DNA from: Nitrospirota bacterium
Lineage (GTDB): Bacteria; Nitrospirota; UBA9217
Length of the DNA stretch: 64,000 nt
Direction of reading: 5' to 3'
Assembly (NCBI GenBank): GCA_963751455.1
Contig: CAVVUN010000001.1
Span: 160,001 to 224,000, forward strand
The notes beneath the pieces are model-generated. The model was not told where the DNA came from. It did no database searches and worked only from the letters and a program-made list of their open reading frames with translations. The position numbers and the translations under genes are program-made. This document shows, one piece after another, positions 21,798-30,963 of the stretch; position 1 is the stretch's first letter, and the number at the start of each line of letters is the position of its first letter.

Positions 21798-22205
21798 CTA
21801 ATAGCTTTTAGAACCGCTGCCAGAATTTGAACCGCTGGAACCTCCCGCGCCGGAGCCCGAACTATCCATGCTGTTCGATCCGCCCGCCCCCGAGCTGGAA
21901 CTGGAGCCATAGCCTTGCGAATCAGCGCCGCCTGTGCCCATACCATTCGTACCGGTGCCGCCGGTGCCCATGCCATCAGTCCCCGTACCGCCCGTACCCA
22001 TACCATCAGTCCCTGTGCCTCCCGTACCCATACCGTCAGTGCTCGTGCCGCCGGACCCGGTGCCGCTTGTACCGCTCTCACGATCTCCTTTTGAACCCCA
22101 TGCCAGTTGGTCTCCCTTTGAGAGGTCGGCCCCGTCATAGGCAAATGCCAGCCCAAAGGTAAGAACAAAAACAACAGCCATTCCAATCAAAAGCGTCTTC
22201 TTCAT
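21798..22205 (-). CDS. Secreted low-complexity Gly/Thr/Met repeat protein 2
   Basis: Signal peptide ending AFA-Y; (DGMGTGGTGT)n 10-aa repeats; GGAGAGG RBS. Confidence 0.8.
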   Translation of the reverse strand: MKKTLLIGMAVVFVLTFGLAFAYDGADLSKGDQLAWGSKGDRESGTSGTGSGGTSTDGMGTGGTGTDGMGTGGTGTDGMGTGGTGTNGMGTGGADSQGYGSSSSSGAGGSNSMDSSGSGAGGSSGSNSGSGSKSY

Positions 22206-22250
22206 AATTGTCCACCTCTCCTTTATATTTTAAGATAGCTGCTTTTTATA

Positions 22251-22278
22251 AAGTTACCATAGCGAAAGTCGTTGTCAA
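22251..22278 (-). promoter_or_regulatory. Putative sigma70 extended -10 promoter
   Basis: TTGACA-16bp(…TGg)-TAACTT; conserved in the paralog. Confidence 0.6.
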
Positions 22279-22512
22279 GAGAGCTTCATAACTCATATAG
22301 AACGACGGTATTAGCAGAAAAACTATGATTTTAGTTTTCTAATACACAAAGAAAAGGCTAGACACTGGCAGTGTTTAAAATAGCCGAACACACAGTACGT
22401 ATTCAAATAACTATGGTTGTTCCTGCCGAACGCTGAGAAGGCCTCTTCTTCGGTTAAGGACAGCATTCGGAGACTTCTTGTCTGATACAATCAGAACAGA
22501 GGTTCATCTATC

Positions 22513-23349
22513 GTGCCTAATGATACAAATAATATAAATGCTCTCGTCCTGGCAGGAGGAATAAACCGGATTGTGTTGTATGACGGTTATATACCGGGGT
22601 ACAAGGGTCTGCTGCCCGTTGGCGGGAAGCCTTTAATACGCTATACGCTCGAGGCATTGAGAGGCACTCCGGAGGTGAAGCGCATTTGCATTGTAGGTCC
22701 GATTGATCAAATCAGGATTAGCATCACGGACTCAGGCGGGTATGAATTCCTGGACGGAAGCGAAACCTTGATCCAAAATATCCAAAAAGGCCTTCATCAT
22801 TTCTCAGTATCCACGCCCGTGCTTATCATACCGTCAGATCTTCCACTCGCAACTCCGCAGGCAATACGAGACTTCCTGGCAAAATGCGGAATAATTGAAA
22901 CTGAATACCGTTCTAATATTCTCTGGTCCATGGTGCCAGAGAAGGACTTTACCGGTCAGTATGCCATGGTTAAAAAAGGATTCAATCGGTTCAGGGACAT
23001 TTCGGTATGCCACGGCAATCTTCTTCTCGCAACGCCCTCGCTCATTGAAAACCGGAACTTCATATCCCGGATGGAAAACATATACAATGCGCGCAAGAGT
23101 TCTATCAGGGCCGCCCTTGCGGTGGGACCGTTTGTCGGTCTGAGTTACCTCATCGGGGTTCACCTGCTGAAGTTGATGACGATTTCCCGTTTTGCCAAAA
23201 TCGCATCTGCGGGGTTCGGTATAGGACTGGTGCCGGTTATTACCGATTATCCGGACATCGCCGTGGACATCGATGAAGCCCGGGATTATCAATTCATAAT
23301 TGAAGAATTGGAGCGCAGAGGGAAAATATTTCTAAAGACAATACCTTAA
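22513..23349 (+). CDS. MobA-like NTP transferase
   Basis: ALVLAGG, KGLLPVGGKPLI, SDLPL, AVDIDE. Confidence 0.8.
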   Translation: MPNDTNNINALVLAGGINRIVLYDGYIPGYKGLLPVGGKPLIRYTLEALRGTPEVKRICIVGPIDQIRISITDSGGYEFLDGSETLIQNIQKGLHHFSVSTPVLIIPSDLPLATPQAIRDFLAKCGIIETEYRSNILWSMVPEKDFTGQYAMVKKGFNRFRDISVCHGNLLLATPSLIENRNFISRMENIYNARKSSIRAALAVGPFVGLSYLIGVHLLKLMTISRFAKIASAGFGIGLVPVITDYPDIAVDIDEARDYQFIIEELERRGKIFLKTIP

Positions 23350-23354
23350 TAAGA

Positions 23355-23750
23355 GACTGGAGGAGGGTTGAAGATACGATAGGCTTCGCAAAACTGATGG
23401 GCTATAGGAAAATCGGGATTGCAACCTGTATCGGACTCCTTGAAGAGACCAACCGTCTTGCCTCTGTTCTGAAAGCGCAGGGCTTCGTTCCAGTGAGCGT
23501 CTGCTGTAAGACAGGAAGCATTGACAAACTTGAGATGGGGTTATGCGATTCTTGCGATCTGAGCATCCTCGCTGTCACCGTGATAAAAATCAAAGCACTC
23601 TCTGATCTGTGCGTGTTCGTGTGTAGGGCAATACCCGAACTTTACCGGCCTCTTCGCCGGATCAGCGCTCCAGCAGTTCGTAGCGCCTGTCTTCCTTCAC
23701 GCCTCGCTGCAGACTGCCCACGAAAATTCATCAGTATTAGTCTTAGTCAT
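23355..23750. pseudogene. DUF1847 metal-binding protein pseudogene, split into oppositely oriented pieces
   Basis: + strand WRRVEDTIGFAKLMGYRKIGIATCIGLL..VSVCCKTGSIDK (23355-23543); - strand N-terminus MTKTNTDEFS..TNCWS..YCPT..DSEDAQIARIA (23541-23750) with internal TGA. Confidence 0.65.
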
Positions 23751-23833
23751 TTGTCCCTCCCTGCTTTATCAGTAGTTGACTAAGACCTATACGATAGACC
23801 TCTACGCTGTTCTGTCAACAGGATAGTCCGGTC

Positions 23834-24290
23834 CTAGAGTGCGCCCTTCAGTGACCCTCTCGAGCGTTTTGTAACGCCCTTTACCAAATAGATCAACGGC
23901 GCAAATGGCGACATAATAAGTCCCCACCAGAAGAAGGTTTTCTTCAACATTCGCTTCTTGTATTTATCGGCGAAGTTTTGTTCCGTCTTCTTTTTCACAC
24001 AGTGAGTAAAATATTGGCAATGGTGTCCTATCTCATGGTAAAGGACAGCAGCAAGCATGAACTTGGCAACAAAAGGTAAGAAAAATACAAACCGAGGCAC
24101 GCCGCTGTAAATCGTACCTACAGCAAGTTCAATTCTAGCCGGTTCACGCCCCTTCCGTGGCCAATAGAGCCCGCCCGCTTTTTGATTCTTCTTGTATGTC
24201 AGATGATCAACAAGAGTGATCGAATCTAATCCAACCAGATGCTCTTGAGGAACTTTAATCAATAGTTTCGAAATTAGCTTTTCAAAGGGA
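23834..24290 (-). CDS. Hypothetical protein with HExxH zinc-binding motif, probably 5'-truncated
   Basis: VLYHEIGHH…EQNFAD; predicted start lies inside the RAYT element. Confidence 0.55.
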
Positions 24291-24300
24291 AACCATAGGG

Positions 24301-25170
24301 TCAAGTCTTTCTCCGTGTATTTTCGCTTTCTCGGAGCCAACGGCTAATTGTGGAATAGTGTACCCCCACTTGGCGTGCAATCTCGCTCTGGCGGTAGCCA
24401 TGCTTTTCAACAGCTTCGCTCAATCTTTTGTACATCTTCTTCTGATCTCGCTCAATCCCCTCGGGGAACAGGACATGCAATTGCGGTCTCGTTGCGTACC
24501 GCTGGCTCCGGGGAATTTCTGGGATATCCTTGTGTTTTTTAAGGCGATCGGTAAGTTTCTCGACAAAGCTGTCCTCGCCCAACAGAGCCTGGCCCCGTAC
24601 CTCGGTCCAAATACTCTTTTGCCCGATGCCCCAGGAAACGAACTGGCGATACTCCTGCTCCGCTTTTGAACGTTTTCGGCTGAATTGTCCAAGCACCCAG
24701 TCAGTCGTCAGACTCGGATGCGGCTCGGTTTTTCCGGCCGTAGCCAGATAACTGGACCATTTCCATTCATCTGGTTTTTCCATCAACGTGGCGCGAACAG
24801 GGTTCAAAACGACGTACCGGCAGACTTCCAGGAGATGACTGTCTTTCTGGATCAGAATGGCTTTATACCTGCCCTGGAAGAGGTGGCCAATCTTCCCGTT
24901 CCTTCTGTTAAAGAGCTGAGTATACACACCGTTCAACTGTCGCATCCCGAGGGACAAGTTGCCCTCCGGCGTCTCGATCAGGAGGTGATAATGGTTCGTC
25001 ATCAGGCAATATGCATGGCATATCCAGTTGTATCGCTTATTTACGTGTTGCAGGGTGTTCAGGAAGTTCTCGCGGTCCTGGTCGTCCTTAAAGATGGGCT
25101 TTTTCCGATTGCCGCGCGAGGTGACGTGATAGACCGCTCCAGGATATTCTATTCTTAGGGGTCGTGCCAT
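24301..25170 (-). CDS. REP-associated tyrosine transposase-like (Y1 HUH) protein, copy 2
   Basis: MARPLRIEYPGAVYHVTSRGN, NHYH (HUH), RYVVLNPVRA (catalytic Tyr), C-terminal HTH. Confidence 0.9.
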   Translation of the reverse strand: MARPLRIEYPGAVYHVTSRGNRKKPIFKDDQDRENFLNTLQHVNKRYNWICHAYCLMTNHYHLLIETPEGNLSLGMRQLNGVYTQLFNRRNGKIGHLFQGRYKAILIQKDSHLLEVCRYVVLNPVRATLMEKPDEWKWSSYLATAGKTEPHPSLTTDWVLGQFSRKRSKAEQEYRQFVSWGIGQKSIWTEVRGQALLGEDSFVEKLTDRLKKHKDIPEIPRSQRYATRPQLHVLFPEGIERDQKKMYKRLSEAVEKHGYRQSEIARQVGVHYSTISRWLRESENTRRKT

Positions 25171-25202
25171 GCAGTTACCATAGCATAAGGGAAACCATAG
25201 GG

Positions 25203-26072
25203 TCAAGTCTTTCTCCGTGTATTTTCGCTTTCTCGGAGCCAACGGCTAATTGTGGAATAGTGTACCCCCACTTGGCGTGCAATCTCGCTCTGGCGGTAGC
25301 CATGCTTTTCAACAGCTTCGCTCAATCTTTTGTACATCTTCTTCTGATCTCGCTCAATCCCCTCGGGGAACAGGACATGCAATTGCGGTCTCGTTGCGTA
25401 CCGCTGGCTCCGGGGAATTTCTGGGATATCCTTGTGTTTTTTAAGGCGATCGGTAAGTTTCTCGACAAAGCTGTCCTCGCCCAACAGAGCCTGGCCCCGT
25501 ACCTCGGTCCAAATACTCTTTTGCCCGATGCCCCAGGAAACGAACTGGCGATACTCCTGCTCCGCTTTTGAACGTTTTCGGCTGAATTGTCCAAGCACCC
25601 AGTCAGTCGTCAGACTCGGATGCGGCTCGGTTTTTCCGGCCGTAGCCAGATAACTGGACCATTTCCATTCATCTGGTTTTTCCATCAACGTGGCGCGAAC
25701 AGGGTTCAAAACGACGTACCGGCAGACTTCCAGGAGATGACTGTCTTTCTGGATCAGAATGGCTTTATACCTGCCCTGGAAGAGGTGGCCAATCTTCCCG
25801 TTCCTTCTGTTAAAGAGCTGAGTATACACACCGTTCAACTGTCGCATCCCGAGGGACAAGTTGCCCTCCGGCGTCTCGATCAGGAGGTGATAATGGTTCG
25901 TCATCAGGCAATATGCATGGCATATCCAGTTGTATCGCTTATTTACGTGTTGCAGGGTGTTCAGGAAGTTCTCGCGGTCCTGGTCGTCCTTAAAGATGGG
26001 CTTTTTCCGATTGCCGCGCGAGGTGACGTGATAGACCGCTCCAGGATATTCTATTCTTAGGGGTCGTGCCAT
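25203..26072 (-). CDS. REP-associated tyrosine transposase-like (Y1 HUH) protein, copy 1
   Basis: Identical 289-aa protein with the same motifs. Confidence 0.9.
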   Translation of the reverse strand: MARPLRIEYPGAVYHVTSRGNRKKPIFKDDQDRENFLNTLQHVNKRYNWICHAYCLMTNHYHLLIETPEGNLSLGMRQLNGVYTQLFNRRNGKIGHLFQGRYKAILIQKDSHLLEVCRYVVLNPVRATLMEKPDEWKWSSYLATAGKTEPHPSLTTDWVLGQFSRKRSKAEQEYRQFVSWGIGQKSIWTEVRGQALLGEDSFVEKLTDRLKKHKDIPEIPRSQRYATRPQLHVLFPEGIERDQKKMYKRLSEAVEKHGYRQSEIARQVGVHYSTISRWLRESENTRRKT

Positions 26073-26149
26073 GCAGTTACCATAGCATAATAAAATGTGA
26101 ATTGCAATAAGAAAGACTTGACCCTAAAAGGGTTCTGATCATATATAAA

Positions 26150-27667
26150 CCTTAACGTTGCATAAAAAATCGCTATGCGGCCCGTTGCAATCGGTCGAGA
26201 TAATGCAACAACCCCTTTTTGACTCGTGGATTGGCGTTCATTGTCAGAGTTAGCTTGCCGCCGGGCTGTGTCAGGCGGCCGGCACGCTGTATAAGTGTTC
26301 TTCGCAGGGTATTGGGCTCCGTGAACTCCCAAAGAGCGGCCCGTTTTTCGGTGGTGCCCCGGTCGGGTTCATGCGCGACCATGTGAAGTTCCTTCAGGAG
26401 ATTGTGCGAGATGATCGCCGACATCATGTATAGCTGATTTCCGTGCAATCTTCTCACAGCCACGTAATCCATATTGCACTGGGACTTTAGCTCTCCAAGG
26501 ATGTTTTCCTGAGAACCGCGGCCCTGATGGAAGTTCAGGACTTTCTTCACCGTCGTTGTTTTGTTTGTAACGATCACCTTGAAGTCAAACCCGTATTCGT
26601 GCGGCGTGAACATATCAAGCTGCACCGGCTCTTTTGACTGCTTTTTGGCTTTTTGACGAATAAAAAGAAAGCGGAACCGGCTGTCCCAGCTTTTCGGCTT
26701 CCAGGGTGTGTCGAAATAGGAAACAACGGAATCGTAACGCCTCCAGCGTTTTTTGGCTTCGATCATGTGTTTGAGTTCGGAGAACCGCTCAAAGGGGACC
26801 GAGATGGTGAACTCAATTCCGTCGCGCTCCAGCGCGCCGACGATTTCATCGCTGAAGAAAGCGCTGTCCATGCGCACTTCGATGACGATATCCGAACAGG
26901 TTGCACGCACCTGTTCGATGCACGCAAGGATGAACGCCCGGGCGCCGTTGGAATCATGTACGTTACCCGAACGGGGCAGGACGTCAAGGACCATGCCCAA
27001 CTGAGCGATCATGCAGAAAAGCGGATAATAGCTTCTCTGCCCTTTTTTCTTTTTGTTGAAGCCTACGGCGGCACCCTCAGCCCATCGGGAGGTCGAGAGC
27101 ACAGAGCCGTCGAAATCAAGCGTCACGCGACGAAGCTTCAAACCCTGTATGCGGGAGAGCGACATTTCCCGGCAGAACCGACGAAGATTCAAAATGTCCT
27201 TTGCGTCGACCGTCATCAATGCCCGGCTGATCGTGGAAACGTCCGGCATTTTTCGGAGGCCCAGAAGACGAAGCGCCATAAGGTCGTCCTGATAGTATTC
27301 GATGTCGCGGAGTTTCCGATAACCCAGCATCAGATGCACGATCAGCACGAGCGTAATGACGTGATTGCCGAAGATGGCGCTCGACGGTAGATGATCAAAG
27401 CAGCTTTTCAAGCGGGCTTTCAGATTCAGCTTCGTGAAGAATGCCTGAATGATAGCAAGGCCCGCGTAGGAAGTGAGCTGTTGATCCTCGAACTTCAGTT
27501 CCGGTATTTTGTGAACGCGGCTTAGAACCTGTGCTTTACTGGACTTCACTTTCAGTGGCCTCCTGCTTGAGTGAAATAATGATATCGCAGGAGCACTATA
27601 TCCAATAATGAAGCCTGTTTCCAGAGGTTTCTGCATATTTTCAAGAAATGTTTATGCAACTACAAGG
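26150..27667 (-). mobile_element. IS1380-family insertion sequence (~1518 bp)
   Basis: Terminal IRs CCTTAACGTTGCATAAA / CCTTGTAGTTGCATAAA enclosing a single transposase. Confidence 0.85.
26173..27549 (-). CDS. IS1380-family DDE transposase
   Basis: LTSYAGL, TLDFDGSV, YYPL, VRMDSAFF, RGSQENILGELK; GTG start at 27549 after GGAGG. Confidence 0.88.
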   Translation of the reverse strand: MKSSKAQVLSRVHKIPELKFEDQQLTSYAGLAIIQAFFTKLNLKARLKSCFDHLPSSAIFGNHVITLVLIVHLMLGYRKLRDIEYYQDDLMALRLLGLRKMPDVSTISRALMTVDAKDILNLRRFCREMSLSRIQGLKLRRVTLDFDGSVLSTSRWAEGAAVGFNKKKKGQRSYYPLFCMIAQLGMVLDVLPRSGNVHDSNGARAFILACIEQVRATCSDIVIEVRMDSAFFSDEIVGALERDGIEFTISVPFERFSELKHMIEAKKRWRRYDSVVSYFDTPWKPKSWDSRFRFLFIRQKAKKQSKEPVQLDMFTPHEYGFDFKVIVTNKTTTVKKVLNFHQGRGSQENILGELKSQCNMDYVAVRRLHGNQLYMMSAIISHNLLKELHMVAHEPDRGTTEKRAALWEFTEPNTLRRTLIQRAGRLTQPGGKLTLTMNANPRVKKGLLHYLDRLQRAA

Positions 27668-30050
27668 TTAATTCTCCGTAGGCGTTATAAATGAAAGTGG
27701 TTATCCCCGATTGCGGGTCCGTGATTATTTTCAGGTTACTCTTCGTGTCATACTCTAAAACGGACGCCATGTTTGCCGGGTCCGTCAGCCGGGTAAGATT
27801 GTCGTTGTTGTCATACGTCAAGAGGTGAATGTTTCCTAGAGGATCGGTTGTGCTGGTTATGTTACCCCGTGCGTCATATGTCAATGTCGTACTGTTACCA
27901 TTCGGATCCGTGATCCGGTTTATGTTGCCCTGTGCATCAAGCCCTCTGGACCATGTGTGACCTAACGGATCTATGATTTCCGTAATTTCTGCATACGGCT
28001 CCAGTTCATAGTAATACCATGTATTGCCGTTAGCGTCTTTTTTAATTACGTATTCACCCGGCGCTGAGTAGTCCGTCTTGTTTCCGAGAGGATCAATGAT
28101 CGAGCCCACCACGTAACCTATGTCCGCATCGTAATACACGTTGTTGATAGTCGTGGTCCCCTTTGTAGTTATGATGGAGCTCATGTAGCTGTACGTGTTG
28201 TAGGCGTATACCGCTTCATTTCCGGCCATATCCACGGAACGAATGAGGTTATTATTGGCGTCGTAATAGAAAAAAGCCTGTCTGTTTAAAGGGTCTGCTA
28301 TGGATGAAACCTTGCCGTTGGCCCCGTATGAAAAGGTTATTTGCCTTCCGGCCGCGCTTGTAACGGAGATAAGTCTGTTATTACCGTCATATTGAATCGT
28401 CACCAAATTGCTGTTAGCGTCCGTGATGCTACCAAGCCTTCCGGTTGCATCGAAATGCTGAGTAAGCTTCGTCTTTTTGATCTTCAGGCTGAAGGTCCCG
28501 TCCGGGTTTTTAATAAGGTTATCGTATACCCATCTCGGAGCAGTATAGATGCCGCCACCCGCAGGCGGAAAATTATCGACCTTGCCTGATCCCCGCTTTA
28601 TATCAACGTCGCCGCCTGGATTTTCAGTCAGCCTGGTCTCGTAGTTCGAAAACCAGCTTCTCCCGAAAATCCCCTCGCCCGGATCGTCCGCATTATACGT
28701 CCTTTTAACAAATACACCGGGCCCCCTGCCCCGAAGCACCACGTCTGTATCCAGTACGAGGTAATTTAAGTTAGAAAGGTTTACCTTCATACTGGGCATA
28801 CCGGGACTGCTGCATCCGCCGATGTCAGAGGGTTCGTCATATATGACAGGAGGATTGTCTTCGGCGTCTCCGGCATTGGTGCCGTGAAGATGATGACCTC
28901 CCCTTATCCCTTCCATCTGATTGATACTTAATTTATAAGATGAATAATTACTGTGCTCCTTATCAGGGAATACAAGGGCGGTCCCGCTCCATCTGTTCTT
29001 AAATTCTGCGGTCGTTAACGTTATATACCCTTTGTCCGGGTCGATGATGGAAACCTTTTCTTCCTGAAGATCTGTGACGGTAACAAAATGATTGATCTTC
29101 AAATGAGCGATCCACGGCGCTTTGATCAACTCCTTTGCTTCACCGAAACTTAATTTGGCGCCTATTGCTTCTACCCCGATTTCCCGTGAAGCTTTTTCCA
29201 AATCTTTCAAAGACAATATCAGGCCGTCTTTTGATAGCTTATTCTTTAGTGTCTTGCCTTTTATCTTCAAAACGTCCGCGAGCGCCTTTGAACCGCATGA
29301 TAAGGACGCTGTATTCTTAGCATGCTTGGCTGTGCGATTGATGATTTTAAGAAGGTACGTGGCCTCTTTGATAATGTTCCAGTCCTTGCTTTCGCGAAGC
29401 GCCTCTTTAAGCTCGCTGATTGAATTCTCGTAATCCCCGTTAAGAAAATGGAGCCTCGATAGTTTCAGTGCGGCTTGGTGGGCTACACGGGATTTGGGCG
29501 CAACTCTTTTTGCATTTACGAACGCCTTGACTGCCTCCTGGAAATCGCCCTCCTCATAGTATTCCCCCAATCTGAAATGGGATAATGCGGCTTCGGGCAG
29601 ATCGGGGAAACTCTCGGTTATTATCCTGTGTTTTGCGGCAACTTTATCCCATCTGCGGCCTTTCCAGTCTTCCTCCGCTTTATCGCTGATTTCCTTTATC
29701 GTCTTCGGTTCAATCGCGTTGAACGGGGAGCCGGCTTTTGCAGTATCCGGGGAAACAGATTCGATTACCGGAGCCGGGCTGAATATCGTAAATAAGAACG
29801 GGTCGGAAATTCCTCCGCCCGGCGAAGGATTTGTGACAGTCACCGGGACATCTCCGAGGGCGGCTAGCCAGTCTGTGGGAATCGCCGCCTGGATATTGTT
29901 ATTATCCTTGAAAAAGGTCTCTACGTCGCTCTTGTTGAACTGCGTCTGGCTCCCTCCCCTCTGTGTCAATATGACTGAGACACCTCCCCTATGGTAAATT
30001 AGAGTAGCGGGCGGGGGAGGAAATAACCTTATGATAGCAACAAAGATCAA
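27660..30050 (-). pseudogene. RHS/YD-repeat protein with TPR, C39 peptidase and DUF6531 domains; C-terminally truncated by IS1380, N-terminus chimeric
   Basis: TPRs, then SCG/NHFV/IIDP C39 motifs, RTYN..FGRSW (DUF6531), YD repeats (YDARGNITSTTDPLG); stop codon lies inside the IS inverted repeat; no RHS core or toxin tip. Confidence 0.8.
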
Positions 30051-30131
30051 AGCAACCCAGGGAAACGAAGGAGCCCGTAGCGGCGTTCTCTTTTAATCCT
30101 CTGATACATTCCGTTATTTCTGCGGACATTC

Positions 30132-30407
30132 TTAACAACAAATATATGCCACTTCCGAATTCTTGCCCGGAACTGCTTTGACGAAAGCTTTCTCGACTTT
30201 CTCCCCGTTCCAGTACAGCCCCGCCTGAAGAGTGTATGTCGTCGTGGCCGTAATCACGTTTGAGTACGCAGTCGAGAGATTGACACTTGCCGATGCCGTA
30301 GAGGACGCGTCCGTACCGCTCAGCGTGGAGTTTGCCGAACTAGCGGTCCCGTATTGTGGAATGGCAGATATGGTCACCGTGGTGCCGACGGGGATATTAG
30401 AGGCCGA
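30132..30407 (-). pseudogene. C-terminal fragment of a Ser/Thr-rich beta-sandwich surface protein
   Basis: SASNIPVGTTVTISAIPQYG...; no own start, fused in frame to IS3 fragment. Confidence 0.45.
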
Positions 30408-30641
30408 TACGTCGATGATAATTTCGGCCTGCCTGAGACGATTGGTAAGCCGTTCATTCTCTTTGCGGAGCTTTTCGTTCTCTACATGGAGAGGATGGCG
30501 GACTGATTCCTTACGCCCCCGCTTCTTGGGCGCGAGGCCGGATAGTACGCCGCGGTCGCGCTGACCTTGCCAGGTTTTGAGATTCGATGCATAGAGCCCT
30601 TCTCGGCGCAGGAGCGTACCAAGGCACCCCGGCTCATCGCA
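30408..30641 (-). mobile_element. IS3-family orfA fragment
   Basis: LGTLLRREGLYASNLKTW..GLAPKKRGRK..LRKENERL..AEIIIDV. Confidence 0.7.
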
Positions 30642-30811
30642 AGGCTGGTTCGCAGGAACCAAGCTTATTCAGGATATTAAGGTCTGAATCATAAATAGAA
30701 ATTTCTCCGCTGCTTCCGCCGACAAATACCCATCCCTTTTCCTTGGCGGTGTCGATCCCGGCTACCTCGTATTCCATTTTCAACTGCTTTTCACACTGCT
30801 CTATAAGCACC

Positions 30812-30880
30812 ATGTACCGCATCCTCGACGAAAACCAGGAGGTCAAGGAGCGCAGGAACCAGCTCACCCATCCCGTGTAT
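30812..30880 (+). mobile_element. IS3-family orfB fragment
   Basis: Manual translation MYRILDENQEVKERRNQLTHPVY. Confidence 0.55.
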
Positions 30881-30963
30881 CTGACAAAAGGGGCTTTCTT
30901 TGTCTCTTTTCAATAGCGGCTGCCCCATCTGCTTCGCCGTCCGGCTCTGTGAGCCAACATGCG

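Larger units (their letters stand above)
24285..26090. repeat. Exact tandem duplication, 2 x 902 bp
   Basis: 24285-25188 matches 25187-26090 at offset 902; identical ORF translations in both copies. Confidence 0.95.
24296..26126. mobile_element. RAYT-like element delimited by 17-bp perfect inverted repeats
   Basis: TAGGGTCAAGTCTTTCT at 24296-24312 and 25198-25214; reverse complement AGAAAGACTTGACCCTA at 26110-26126. Confidence 0.65.

Noticed and set aside
23697-23699. In-frame TGA in the DUF1847 N-terminal fragment as selenocysteine
   Set aside because: Gene is otherwise broken; the position looks like a TGG->TGA nonsense change; no SECIS evident
24301-25242. 313-aa version of the RAYT ORF with extended N-terminus
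   Set aside because: The extension is read from the end of the upstream duplicate; the true start is ATG 25170
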